Below are positions 18,696 to 29,057 of a DNA stretch of 64,000 nt, piece after piece. The notes beneath the pieces were generated by a model, which searched no databases, was not told the origin of the DNA, and worked only from the letters and a program-made list of their open reading frames with translations. How positions within the stretch are numbered: position 1 is the first letter of the stretch; the number at the start of each line of letters is the position of its first letter. Made by a program: the position numbers and the translations under genes. The stretch comes from a virus, in the IMG/VR virus record IMGVR_UViG_3300045988_145033, positions 1-64,000 of that record; one strand, written 5' to 3'.

Positions 18696-20015
18696 ATGGA
18701 AGATTTTGAAAATAAAATTATAAAAAATATTAATACAAAAATGGAAGTTGGTACATATGCTCATCCTATATTACATTCGATGATAGGTGAGCATATGGTA
18801 AATCACGGTAAAGATATAATTAAAAAATATAGTGAAAGTAATGCTATATTTAAGACAGCACCATTTAAGATAGATGCAAATAATGCTTATACTGGTGAAA
18901 CTGGTATAATGATACGTTATATAAAACCGAATAAAGAATCAACTGATGCTAATTTGGTAAAAGTGCCTGTATCTGTTGTAAAAACTGCACAAGAATATGG
19001 ATATGTAGCAAATAGTGAATATAAGTTTAAATTGCACGCGGATATAGCACCTATACAAGTAATGCAGATAGAAAGCTATTTATGTGTAAATGAATTTAGA
19101 ATACCTTTATATGTAGAGTCAAATAACGATATATCTATTAGTAATGCAAGAAAGGTTTCTATAAATGGTATAGATTTAAGAATAGATAATACATTTGCTG
19201 ATAACTTCTATAATGATTCACTACATAAGGCTGAGAAATATTTAGATTTCATAGAAGATACCGCCGATAGTAAATATGCTAATATAAAAGATACGTCAGT
19301 TATAAATAAATGTACGGGAAGACATTTAAGATATTTAGTATCGTGCTTTATCGAAAATGGTAGAAAGATAAACTACTCTTCAATGATATGGGATACGCTG
19401 TGTTTATCTAATAGAAATTTATCAAGACATTTAACTTGGAATGAATGGAATGATATGAGAAGATGTATATCGCCGTTTTATCCTCTACCTATTCAAGTGG
19501 ATTTTGAGTATGAACGTGTAGAACCTGTAAGGAATGAGATTTTAAAAGGAATGAATTATAAACCTGTAGTAAATATGGTTATAAGAACATTTAGAGGTTC
19601 TAGTTTCTTTCAAAGACCGGGATATGATAACTCTGGTATACAAAGTCCTATTCAAACAGCAATATCAGTTCACGATATGCAAAATGATGACTATTTAAGA
19701 GCATTTTATTTGACAGTAAGTATACCAAGAAACTTACCGTCTATAATAATTACCGATGGTAGTGGCGTCACTAAAAAGTATGAGCTTAAACTTGCTCCTA
19801 CTAAATGGAAAAGTGGCGATATAAAACTTTCGTTGGCTGAAAATAGTATCGACATATATCCTAAAACTGACGGTGTTTCTTGTACATCTATGAAGATAAA
19901 AGAAACTGATAGAGAAAAAGGAATAACGAACTATATGAAAAATATTGATATGAATGCGTTTTTATTACCTTCTGAACGTTCTGTAATGGAATGGCATGAA
20001 GACGATTTAATGTAG
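18696..20015 (+). CDS. hypothetical (structural?) protein (439 aa)
   Basis: ORF in same operon. Confidence 0.55.
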   Translation: MEDFENKIIKNINTKMEVGTYAHPILHSMIGEHMVNHGKDIIKKYSESNAIFKTAPFKIDANNAYTGETGIMIRYIKPNKESTDANLVKVPVSVVKTAQEYGYVANSEYKFKLHADIAPIQVMQIESYLCVNEFRIPLYVESNNDISISNARKVSINGIDLRIDNTFADNFYNDSLHKAEKYLDFIEDTADSKYANIKDTSVINKCTGRHLRYLVSCFIENGRKINYSSMIWDTLCLSNRNLSRHLTWNEWNDMRRCISPFYPLPIQVDFEYERVEPVRNEILKGMNYKPVVNMVIRTFRGSSFFQRPGYDNSGIQSPIQTAISVHDMQNDDYLRAFYLTVSIPRNLPSIIITDGSGVTKKYELKLAPTKWKSGDIKLSLAENSIDIYPKTDGVSCTSMKIKETDREKGITNYMKNIDMNAFLLPSERSVMEWHEDDLM

Positions 20016-20028
20016 GAGGTGAATGTAA

Positions 20029-21774
20029 ATGAATGATGAAAGATATAAAAAGTCTTTCGATGTATTCTTAAGAAAAGTATCGGACAATTCTACATATAAT
20101 ATAGTGTCCAATATGATTGGACTAAATTTAGGAATTGGTAAGTTTATAGATGATACGTACAAAGATAATGATTATTATAAGTTTAGAAGTTATGATAATA
20201 CGGAGCTACAAAATGAAATGATTGACAGAGTTGGTGAAGCTAAATACTTTGACGGCTCAATTATGTATACAAATAAAATTTTAGAAAAATCATATAAGAC
20301 AAAGATATCAATGCTTGAAAATTTCAAGGTATCACAAACTATAGAGAATGATGAATATACATTCTTCTGTGAACCTAATTTAGAAGGTTTAAATGATGCT
20401 TTAGATAAAGAAGATACTAGAAAACCCGGATATAATCCTGCTAATATACCTTATAATAAAGTACGCCTTCATAAGTTCTTATTTCCTGTATACAGCAACT
20501 CAAATAATAGTTTTTCTGACTATACTTTAATACGTGATTTTGAAATAGAAATTAATTTCGGGAGAGACAGAATAAAAACATTGGAAGATTTTAAAATTGG
20601 ATATAGCTTTGAGTCTCAAAATCATAGATTTGCGAAATATAAGACACAAAGTGGTTTTGAGTTGTCACCATCTGTTGGTAGAACATTTGATTTCTTTAAA
20701 AGAGAGAATATGTCTTTAGATAAAATGATGAGAGTGAATACTACAATTAACGGTAAGTATAGTGAATGGTCAAGATGTAGAACTTCTAGGGGAAATAGAG
20801 CATATAAATTTAAAGTTACTGGTGGTAGATATGGTGATATGTACAGTTCCAATCAATATGCTGATTCACGAGATGAAAATTTTGATACTATGAGAAATTA
20901 TAAGATGCACACAGATATGATATACGGCTTCGGTAGTGAGTGCGTTCATCCTATGTACGCACCAGATGAGTTCGTCTCTAATTTCTACCTACCAACAACT
21001 GTAGAGTATCCTCTATTTTTTAGTAATGCTTTACTTCCGATGTTTCCTACAGTTTATGTAGATTTTGTCGAAAAACAAAATGCACCTAATCTTAATGATA
21101 AAGTATATGATGATTTAAAACTTGTAGGGTTTATAAGACTTTATATGATATCTTATATGGATATGGAAATAAATTCTGGAGTATTACAAAAATATTATGG
21201 TGATAATAAAGTAGAAATGAAGCATGTCGATTACAATAAGAATAGAATAACTGAGCCATATAATGGGTGGAATTCTTTTAGCTCTGAGCTATCTAATTCA
21301 GAGGGATTTACTGTGAAATTTATTTTTCCTAAAAGACGTCCACTCTTGCAGTATGTAAGAAACGAATATACTGGAAGTTCAATATATATGCTACCACCTA
21401 GTGTATTTACTTCTTATATGAATAAAGACTCTGATATTGATATAGCTAGTAATGTTACTAAAAATAAAGGAGTTCTGTATAACTATGTCGATTTTGATTC
21501 TTATTGGCAAGGAACAGATTACGCTAAACTAGCATTTGGTGGTAGAGTTCTATTTAGTCTTTTAGGAGGATGGCTTTTTCCACCATTGCGTACAAGTATG
21601 ATATCTATGACAACTAATATAGCATACAAAGATTATATATCGAATTCATTTTTTCAAAATAATGGAAATCTTGCAAGTCGTGTTAGAGTCAATGACCCGT
21701 TTTTCTCTGGTCAAATACGTAGAGACAAAGAAGCTATATTCTCAAAAATAGGATACTGGTATCAATTAATGTAA
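20029..21774 (+). CDS. hypothetical (structural?) protein (581 aa)
   Basis: ORF in same operon. Confidence 0.55.
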   Translation: MNDERYKKSFDVFLRKVSDNSTYNIVSNMIGLNLGIGKFIDDTYKDNDYYKFRSYDNTELQNEMIDRVGEAKYFDGSIMYTNKILEKSYKTKISMLENFKVSQTIENDEYTFFCEPNLEGLNDALDKEDTRKPGYNPANIPYNKVRLHKFLFPVYSNSNNSFSDYTLIRDFEIEINFGRDRIKTLEDFKIGYSFESQNHRFAKYKTQSGFELSPSVGRTFDFFKRENMSLDKMMRVNTTINGKYSEWSRCRTSRGNRAYKFKVTGGRYGDMYSSNQYADSRDENFDTMRNYKMHTDMIYGFGSECVHPMYAPDEFVSNFYLPTTVEYPLFFSNALLPMFPTVYVDFVEKQNAPNLNDKVYDDLKLVGFIRLYMISYMDMEINSGVLQKYYGDNKVEMKHVDYNKNRITEPYNGWNSFSSELSNSEGFTVKFIFPKRRPLLQYVRNEYTGSSIYMLPPSVFTSYMNKDSDIDIASNVTKNKGVLYNYVDFDSYWQGTDYAKLAFGGRVLFSLLGGWLFPPLRTSMISMTTNIAYKDYISNSFFQNNGNLASRVRVNDPFFSGQIRRDKEAIFSKIGYWYQLM

Positions 21775-21786
21775 TAGGAGGCATAT

Positions 21787-22428
21787 ATGGATTTTAAAGA
21801 ATACATAAAATTTAATGACAAAGATGATAACTGGTACGTTGTAAAACCTTTTCTTTTTCATACTCCTAAAAGATGTCTTGTAGACCCTTACACAAATCCA
21901 ATAGTCATGCTATTTGGAAAGATATATGCAGGGTCTGATACATTTGACATTATACAATGTATATCTTCTAAAACTAAATTTACAAGATTTAGGGAAGAAG
22001 ATGACAGATATATAATAGAATATAATCCCGGAGATTTATTCTGTTCTAATAATATGACATCATCTATATCAAATCAGGAAATGATGAATACACTATTTAC
22101 ACAAGGACAAATACTTGAAGATATAGAATATCAGCACGTTTATGATGCTCTTATGAACGCTTCAAGAAATAATGTTCCTATAAAAGTTCCTGATTACTAT
22201 TATGAGTATACTGTAGCTGCTATGCTTCGTGACCCAAAGGATAAATCTAAAATGGTTAGACTTACAAATCCTGAGCACTTCTTATCTTTGTCTGTAAAGC
22301 AGATAAATATGAGAGCTGATAGTTTCACAGCACTTACTACAAATGATATAGAAACGATGATAGTATCGTCTTTAAATGAAAAGAAAGATGCACCAACAAC
22401 ACCAATTAAAAAGACTTTCTTAATGTAA
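21787..22428 (+). CDS. hypothetical protein (213 aa)
   Basis: last ORF of operon, followed by bidirectional terminator. Confidence 0.55.
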   Translation: MDFKEYIKFNDKDDNWYVVKPFLFHTPKRCLVDPYTNPIVMLFGKIYAGSDTFDIIQCISSKTKFTRFREEDDRYIIEYNPGDLFCSNNMTSSISNQEMMNTLFTQGQILEDIEYQHVYDALMNASRNNVPIKVPDYYYEYTVAAMLRDPKDKSKMVRLTNPEHFLSLSVKQINMRADSFTALTTNDIETMIVSSLNEKKDAPTTPIKKTFLM

Positions 22429-22434
22429 GAATAT

Positions 22435-22453
22435 AACGGGCGTAATGCCCGTT
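22435..22453. terminator. bidirectional terminator aacgggcGTAATgcccgtt between convergent genes
   Basis: GC-rich 7-bp stem, A/T runs both sides. Confidence 0.65.
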
Positions 22454-22457
22454 ATAT

Positions 22458-22958
22458 TTAATTTCTATTATTCCAATCGAACTTTTCATCAAGTTCTATT
22501 ACTTTTACTTTAAATGCTTTATCAAAATCTTTGTTTAGTTTTTGATGAGATTCATTCATCATATAGAACGCATCATTTACAATACATATAGTAGTTCCAA
22601 ATACATCTTTAGTAAGTTTCTTTTCCTTTTCAAGTTTTGACATAGTCCAAGCGTTTGATATACACATAGTAAAATATTCAAGTGACTTAATATTAGCTAG
22701 TTCATCAAAATTGTATTCTGAATCACTTAATATAAGTGTAACTTCTTCTCCTTTGAGAAATGCTTTAAACTCATACTGCTTTCCTGTTACATTACGCTTT
22801 ACTTTATATGGTGATACCATATCACATTCATAAAACTCTGATATATCTTTCATTTGTTTTTCGTATTGCTCTTTTAAGAAATCAGTTATATCTATTGTAA
22901 CTTCTTTAGGCGTCGTTAGTTTATTGTATTTTTCTATCAAATCTTCTATCTCTTTCAT
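22458..22958 (-). CDS. hypothetical protein (166 aa), paralog of 23853..24296
   Basis: shared blocks GEEVTLILSDSEYNFD / KSLEYFTMCISNAWTMSKLEKEKKL. Confidence 0.6.
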   Translation of the reverse strand: MKEIEDLIEKYNKLTTPKEVTIDITDFLKEQYEKQMKDISEFYECDMVSPYKVKRNVTGKQYEFKAFLKGEEVTLILSDSEYNFDELANIKSLEYFTMCISNAWTMSKLEKEKKLTKDVFGTTICIVNDAFYMMNESHQKLNKDFDKAFKVKVIELDEKFDWNNRN

Positions 22959-22959
22959 T

Positions 22960-23253
22960 TTAATTCTCCTTAGTTAATCTATTATAAAAATCTATAATAT
23001 CTTCTATTGAACTCTTTACAGGTTCTGTAGATTTAAAGTTGTAATTCTTTTCAAATTCATCTAAGAACTTGAACATCATATGAAGTCCTTTTTGGTTCTT
23101 CTTTTTATACTCCTTCGACAGTTTATTATATAGCTTATCTATTCTATCCTTTTTCTTTTGATAATCTTTAAGCTTGAGTCCCTTCGTATAACCTACACCT
23201 TGTATCTGTCCTATATATTTTAGTATCTCTTTCTCTATATACTCATCACTCAT
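22960..23253 (-). CDS. hypothetical protein (97 aa)
   Basis: ORF. Confidence 0.55.
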   Translation of the reverse strand: MSDEYIEKEILKYIGQIQGVGYTKGLKLKDYQKKKDRIDKLYNKLSKEYKKKNQKGLHMMFKFLDEFEKNYNFKSTEPVKSSIEDIIDFYNRLTKEN

Positions 23254-23263
23254 AATATACTCC

Positions 23264-23851
23264 TTAAAATCTCAACTCTTCTTCTAATATAGAATGATAT
23301 TTCCATTTCCAATTATTTGCATAAAATGTATCATATGGTGATTTAGCTACATCTTTTATTTCTTCTACTATAATATTTAAGTCTTTCCTATTTCTTTCAT
23401 ATATTATCTTATCATCAGTTCTTACAAGTACATTAACTTCATCAAAGAACCATCTGTCAAAAAATATACGAGATAAGTATAAACCTGAATTCATATTATT
23501 ACATTTTACGAATATATTTTCTACGTCTAAATTCGCTCTAAGAATATTAAGTTTATACTCTACACCTTTACATATATCTCTTATAACGGGATTTTCACTA
23601 TTAGTTAATTTCTTAAATATTATAAAGCATTTTTCTAAATATCTGAATACACTGTAGTCTACTACATCTTTATTATCATATGTCATTATTCCAAACATAG
23701 CATCTAAATATTCAGTAAGCCTTTTATATACGTCCCTTTGATATATTTTATTTAATAAGAATATAGCTCTTGAAATAGCTCTTTCTCCAAAGAAATCATA
23801 ACCGCAATAATCTTCTACTTTCTTTTCTCTTATTTTTACTTTTCTTGACAT
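23264..23851 (-). CDS. hypothetical protein (195 aa)
   Basis: ORF. Confidence 0.6.
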   Translation of the reverse strand: MSRKVKIREKKVEDYCGYDFFGERAISRAIFLLNKIYQRDVYKRLTEYLDAMFGIMTYDNKDVVDYSVFRYLEKCFIIFKKLTNSENPVIRDICKGVEYKLNILRANLDVENIFVKCNNMNSGLYLSRIFFDRWFFDEVNVLVRTDDKIIYERNRKDLNIIVEEIKDVAKSPYDTFYANNWKWKYHSILEEELRF

Positions 23852-23852
23852 A

Positions 23853-24296
23853 TTATTGACCTCTCTTTATGAACTTAAGGAAGCTATCATTTAGTGGCTT
23901 TAATAAATCTTTATGCGTATCATTCATATCTTCAAATGCGTTTTTGAATATTTCACATTTTTCTTTAGTTTCTAAACCACTAAGTTTATTATCTTCCATA
24001 AGTTTTATTGACGCCCACGCACACATAATACAAGTTGAATAGTTTTCTAAAGATTTATCGTCGTCCAGTAAATCTCCAGAATCAAAATTATCAGCAGGTA
24101 ATACAAGTGTAGCTTCTTGTCCGTTTATAAATGTATTTACTCCATATCTTAATATTCTTCCTTTATCTGCTACAATATGTATCGAAAATAAATCCGGTAT
24201 ATAAATACCAAAGAATTCTGATATTTCTTTTACTTTCTTTCTATTTAGTTCTACACATTCACTTTCTTCTCTTTTTCTTTTTTCTCCTCTTTCCAT
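23853..24296 (-). CDS. hypothetical protein (147 aa), paralog of 22458..22958
   Basis: GQEATLVLPADNFD / KSLENYSTCIMCAWASIKLMEDNKL. Confidence 0.6.
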   Translation of the reverse strand: MERGEKRKREESECVELNRKKVKEISEFFGIYIPDLFSIHIVADKGRILRYGVNTFINGQEATLVLPADNFDSGDLLDDDKSLENYSTCIMCAWASIKLMEDNKLSGLETKEKCEIFKNAFEDMNDTHKDLLKPLNDSFLKFIKRGQ

Positions 24297-24425
24297 TATC
24301 TTTCACCTTATCCTTATCATCTGTAGATATTGTATTTCTTTCCCTTTGTAAACTCTCTCTTATACTTTTAAGCCTTCTACGTATATCTTCATGAAAGTCC
24401 ATATATCTCCTTTATATAAGTAATT

Positions 24426-24442
24426 AAAGGGCATAAAGCCCT
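24426..24442 (-). terminator. terminator hairpin aagggcTTTATgccctt after 585-aa gene
   Basis: stem-loop immediately downstream of stop. Confidence 0.5.
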
Positions 24443-24446
24443 TCAA

Positions 24447-26204
24447 TTAATATTCTTCTGATTTATCTTGAGGAACTATTACTGTATTCTCTGTAACTTG
24501 TACAGCGTTGCCTTTATCTAGTTCTTCTGAAGGATTACATTTACCTGAAACTACGTCAATTCCTGTAAGTTTAAAGTTACCTTTGCTGTCTTCATATCCT
24601 CTTGGAGCTAAGTTTAAATCTCCACTTTCTAAACCTTTTTCTATTTCTTTTAGATTATTCGGAATAGTTTTAGTTATAGCTTCCTTTACTTCTTCTGTAG
24701 AATAATCTTTTATTTTGATATTTGCAAGTTTTTCATATTCTTCTACTATAGCTTCGTCTACATTAAAGTCTATAGCATTTATAACTTCGTCTAATTTCTT
24801 AGCAAATGCTTCCCAAGTAACAGACGTTATTTCTAAAAATCCACTAAATATAACTTCTATTCCTCTTAAGAAATCAGGGATGTGTAAAAGTCTATCTATG
24901 AATAATAAAGTTATAATAGAAGCTATGCACATTTTAGTATTAAGTTTAACTTTAGATACTTTCTTTATTTCTTCTTCTCCTTTATCGTTATAAACCTTTT
25001 CTTCCATTTCTACTTTGTCTCCATAGTTACATACAATTCTATCGTGTAGCTCTTTTATAGACGGTACAGCAATTTTAATATATGTATCTAAGTATCCATC
25101 AAATGTATCAGCGATAGGAGTTACTAAATCTATACCGTCCTTTTCAACTGGTACATTTCTATTGAATTTCTTAAATCTTCTTAAGATAGGAGTAAGAGTT
25201 TCTTTTCTCAAATCATTTACTATATACTTTTGAGCTGTGTCTAAAAGTTTAAGTAAAGTATCAGCATCTTTTATAGATTGTATATTTGTATCTACTCCTT
25301 CGACATTGAAGTTTTCTTTTGATAAATCAAGAATTTTTATTTGTCCCTCTAGTATAGCGTGAGCTATATCTACAGTATTTGCAAGGTCATATCCGTTCCA
25401 TATAAATATGAATTGAGATGCAAGACCTTCTATTCCTGATTGTATATCTTCTAAAGCAATAAGTTTTTCTCTTACTAAGTATAGAGCTAAATTAATTAGT
25501 TTACTTATTTCTAGTGTAGTTTTAAAATGTCCATTTTCGTCCATATATATGTCAAATGGTTCATCAGCATACTCTTTATTTAAAAGCTCAAGATGATGCT
25601 GAACGTCAGGAGCATCATATATAGCTTTCTTTTCTTCATCTGTCTTACCTTCAGTTATAGTAAGTCCTGTGAATACTTTAGCTTCTATGATTCTATATAC
25701 GTCAGCCATAGTTAGAGCTACTTCATTTTTATCACATTCAGTTTGATTTCCTAAATAGAACAACACTTCTACAAGTTTCCTCATTTTTGGAATTATTGAA
25801 TTTTCATGTTCTTTTTGTATAGATTTAATAGCTTTATAGTTTGAATATAAAGTCTTAAGTCCAGAGTTATCCATTTCTGCTGGAGTTTCAAACTCAGAAG
25901 TTGCAAGTCTTATTAAATCTACGAATACATAGTTTGCCTTTCTTTTAGCAAGTTTTCTATCGTATTCTAAAGAGCTTTTACTCATAGCAAGAATAGCGTT
26001 AGTGTCTACTATACATAGTTTTCTTTCTACGTCTATTTTTACATCGTATGCTTCTTTTTCTTTTTTCTCTGCTGTAAGTTTATTTATCTTATCATTCGCA
26101 TTATCTATAGTAGTTGCCCACATAAGTGGTCCTATTCCAACCTTCTTTCTCCATTCAATCATTTTTTGTTTATCAAAGTTCTTTGTGTCAATTTTCTTAC
26201 TCAT
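24447..26204 (-). CDS. hypothetical protein (585 aa); N-terminal KLCIVDTNAILA segment faintly PIN/FEN-like
   Basis: long ORF; motif resemblance weak. Confidence 0.6.
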   Translation of the reverse strand: MSKKIDTKNFDKQKMIEWRKKVGIGPLMWATTIDNANDKINKLTAEKKEKEAYDVKIDVERKLCIVDTNAILAMSKSSLEYDRKLAKRKANYVFVDLIRLATSEFETPAEMDNSGLKTLYSNYKAIKSIQKEHENSIIPKMRKLVEVLFYLGNQTECDKNEVALTMADVYRIIEAKVFTGLTITEGKTDEEKKAIYDAPDVQHHLELLNKEYADEPFDIYMDENGHFKTTLEISKLINLALYLVREKLIALEDIQSGIEGLASQFIFIWNGYDLANTVDIAHAILEGQIKILDLSKENFNVEGVDTNIQSIKDADTLLKLLDTAQKYIVNDLRKETLTPILRRFKKFNRNVPVEKDGIDLVTPIADTFDGYLDTYIKIAVPSIKELHDRIVCNYGDKVEMEEKVYNDKGEEEIKKVSKVKLNTKMCIASIITLLFIDRLLHIPDFLRGIEVIFSGFLEITSVTWEAFAKKLDEVINAIDFNVDEAIVEEYEKLANIKIKDYSTEEVKEAITKTIPNNLKEIEKGLESGDLNLAPRGYEDSKGNFKLTGIDVVSGKCNPSEELDKGNAVQVTENTVIVPQDKSEEY

Positions 26205-26216
26205 TTTTAATCCTCC

Positions 26217-26891
26217 TTATTTATTCTTCTCTTGTTGTATTTTAAGTCTCATATTAATTATATGAGATTTTATGTAACTTATAATAGTTTCATTTTCTGT
26301 AAATTCTTCTATCTCATGTGGCGTATTATAGAAAAAACTTTCAAAAAAGTTTTGTCTTGGTGTTTCGAAAAATACATTATCATGAAACCCTCTACATTTA
26401 TCTAAGTACCAATCATCAAAAGCTTCTTCTAAGTTTATATTATCTTTTATCTTAGAAAGCAAATCTTTTGCTAAATCTTCAGCTTTTATCTTAGGCTTAT
26501 TAATCTCATCAAATGTGAACTTCTCACTCATATAATGAATAAGAACTCTTGCTATAGTATCGTATCTTCTTATAACGTATAGCTCGTATACTCTCCATAG
26601 CTCATATATATCATCAGGTCTTAATTCAATGAAAAAATAATCGGATATTAATTCATTTAGAGAAGCTAAGAAATCTTGACAAAACCCTTGTCTTGTCAAG
26701 AAGTCTTCCTGCTTCATATAATCTAAGAACTGAATGATATTGCCTGTTGCGTATCCATTTAATGTATTCTTAAAAGCTCTATAGTTAGCTATTTCTATAT
26801 TGTCAGTTGCGGACCTAACACTATCGAAACTTTGCTTAACTTCTTCCATGAATCCATCTTTTAACTCATCAAACTCCATCAAGTCGTCCAT
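26217..26891 (-). CDS. hypothetical protein (224 aa)
   Basis: ORF. Confidence 0.6.
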   Translation of the reverse strand: MDDLMEFDELKDGFMEEVKQSFDSVRSATDNIEIANYRAFKNTLNGYATGNIIQFLDYMKQEDFLTRQGFCQDFLASLNELISDYFFIELRPDDIYELWRVYELYVIRRYDTIARVLIHYMSEKFTFDEINKPKIKAEDLAKDLLSKIKDNINLEEAFDDWYLDKCRGFHDNVFFETPRQNFFESFFYNTPHEIEEFTENETIISYIKSHIINMRLKIQQEKNK

Positions 26892-26916
26892 TAGTTCAAA
26901 CCCCCTTTAAATCGTT

Positions 26917-28455
26917 CTAAAGTGGTGTTTTTGGGATTTCTCTTATAATCTTACATCTTCTCTTGCTATAAGGCTTTAAAGCAACCTTTAGTTCCTTTAT
27001 TATATTTATGATATAGCCATCTATATCTTTAAGATTTAGGTTTATTTCTTTAACTTCAGCCTTTAGTATTTTTCTTTCTTCTTTTATAGAATCACCCTTA
27101 TTTACAAGAGATACAAGTTTAGTATCTAAGATAGCTGCGGCTTGCTTCTCATCTATCTTGTATTTCTTTACAAGAGCTTCTATTGAAGATTCTTTATCTT
27201 TAGACTTTCTTATTATACTTATTACGCCATCGTAATTAGTAATTGCTAATTCAAGTCCATCTAATATATGTATTCTTTCTTCCTTTTTCCCTCTTAAAGC
27301 TTCTAAGTGTCTTTCAGACGAGGCTCTATTGGCTTTATGGAATCTTTTCATCATTTCCATAATTCCTATTTTCATAGGTCTACCTTCGTCTATTACTCTC
27401 ATAGATATAGTGAAACTATCGTAGCAAAATCTTGCGGCTATTAGTGCTTCGATAGCATCTTCTACTTTAATATCTTTCTTTATAACTACAACTATTCTTA
27501 TACCTTCTTTAGACGATTCATCTGCGATATCAGCGACCATTTGAGATAGCGGATTTCTCTGGTCACGACACTTATCAACTAAAGAACGTATATCGTTATC
27601 TTTATATCTATTTGGTAATACCGAAGTAAATACTATCTTCTTTTTACCTCTGGTATCGTCTTCTATATGATAGTAACTCATACAGTGATACTTTCCCGAA
27701 CCTGTTTTATAAGCTCTATCTATTCCGTCCCTATCTATAACATAGCAAGGAATTACTGGGTCCGGGGCTTTTAAATACTTTCTTATATTGTCATTTTTAA
27801 GCTCACATTTTATATATGCTTCATAAGCGTTTATAACTTCATATGGGTTATGAGTCGGTATATAAGTTGCCATACCTACTGCAATTCCTATAGCTCCATT
27901 TACAAGTAGCATAGGTATTGGTGGTGCAAGACATATAGGCTCTTTCATCGTATCGTCATAATTAGCTTTATATCGTAGTCCTAGTTGATTGTAGGTTCTG
28001 AATATTAGCTCACTTATCTCGTCCTTATCTACTTCTGTATACCTATAAGCTGCAACGGCATCATCAGCGTCTAAAGAGCCATAATTTCCTTGTCCTACCA
28101 TATAAGGAACGTACATTTTAAAAGGCTGTATAAGCCTTACCATAGCGTCATATACACTTTTGTCTCCATGTGCATGATATTTACCTAATACTTCACCTAC
28201 AAGTCTTGCTGACTTTCTTTTATACGATACATCTTTCATAGCATATAGTATTCTTCTTTGTACTGGCTTTAGTCCGTCTTGAAGTTTTGGTATTGCTCTA
28301 TCAAGTATCACTGACATAGAGTAATCTAGTACGTTATCTTTAAGCTCATCTTCTATTGCTCTTATTCTTATATTCTCTTTTATTTCGGTGTGCTTTACTG
28401 GGTATTTCTCCCTAAGCTTAGCACGGGTTTCTTTACTTAATATCACACGTTTCAT
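26917..28455 (-). CDS. type II DNA topoisomerase, A (breakage-reunion) subunit, phage gp52/GyrA-N-terminal-like
   Basis: GLKPVQRRILYAM, YHAHGD, catalytic AAYRYTE motifs. Confidence 0.8.
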   Translation of the reverse strand: MKRVILSKETRAKLREKYPVKHTEIKENIRIRAIEDELKDNVLDYSMSVILDRAIPKLQDGLKPVQRRILYAMKDVSYKRKSARLVGEVLGKYHAHGDKSVYDAMVRLIQPFKMYVPYMVGQGNYGSLDADDAVAAYRYTEVDKDEISELIFRTYNQLGLRYKANYDDTMKEPICLAPPIPMLLVNGAIGIAVGMATYIPTHNPYEVINAYEAYIKCELKNDNIRKYLKAPDPVIPCYVIDRDGIDRAYKTGSGKYHCMSYYHIEDDTRGKKKIVFTSVLPNRYKDNDIRSLVDKCRDQRNPLSQMVADIADESSKEGIRIVVVIKKDIKVEDAIEALIAARFCYDSFTISMRVIDEGRPMKIGIMEMMKRFHKANRASSERHLEALRGKKEERIHILDGLELAITNYDGVISIIRKSKDKESSIEALVKKYKIDEKQAAAILDTKLVSLVNKGDSIKEERKILKAEVKEINLNLKDIDGYIINIIKELKVALKPYSKRRCKIIREIPKTPL

Positions 28456-28498
28456 TATGATTTCCTCCTAGTTTCTTAATCATCTCGTGTGTTAAATG

Positions 28499-28519
28499 AA
28501 ATGGGGGAATAACCCCCAT
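28499..28519 (-). promoter_or_regulatory. GC hairpin aatgggggTTATTcccccatt 40 nt upstream of topoisomerase RBS (terminator/attenuator)
   Basis: 8-bp G/C stem, weak U-run. Confidence 0.4.
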
Positions 28520-28522
28520 TTC

Positions 28523-29056
28523 TTATATTAGTTTTATTCCTGTTATTTTCATAAACGTTCTAAATGTATTATCTGACATAGTATCAAATATTACATCTTT
28601 GTGGTCTATATATAAAGCTATATTATCGCTATTTACTTCAATAGCATCAGCTTCATCGTTCATGTAAGCTATAGTGAAGTTATATAGTTCTCTGAATGCT
28701 TTTTCTATAACATCATCTAAACGCTTTATATGGAATATCTCTTCAAGTAAGAAATTAGTAGCTTTTCTATAGTTTTCCACCATAAGAGTATTTAAGATTA
28801 TAAGCGTTCTTTTATTTAACTCATTTTTCTTTTCAAGGTTTTCAAGTTCCTTTCTTATGAACAGAAACATCATGTTTATGTCATCTGAGTCAATACATTT
28901 AGCAGAGATATAACTACGCATATGGTCTATCTCTTCTTTAGTCATTGGAGTTTCTAAAGACTTTGCCTTTTCTTCAGAATCGTCCTCTAAATCAAATATA
29001 GCATTATAAGTTTCCTTTAAAGCTTTCTTATGAATATAATCTAATACACCTTTCAT
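28523..29056 (-). CDS. hypothetical protein (177 aa), paralog of 29058..29648
   Basis: KKALKETYNAIFDLEDD..TKEE vs KKILKHTFYDICDLEDE..TKEE. Confidence 0.6.
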   Translation of the reverse strand: MKGVLDYIHKKALKETYNAIFDLEDDSEEKAKSLETPMTKEEIDHMRSYISAKCIDSDDINMMFLFIRKELENLEKKNELNKRTLIILNTLMVENYRKATNFLLEEIFHIKRLDDVIEKAFRELYNFTIAYMNDEADAIEVNSDNIALYIDHKDVIFDTMSDNTFRTFMKITGIKLI

Positions 29057-29057
29057 A

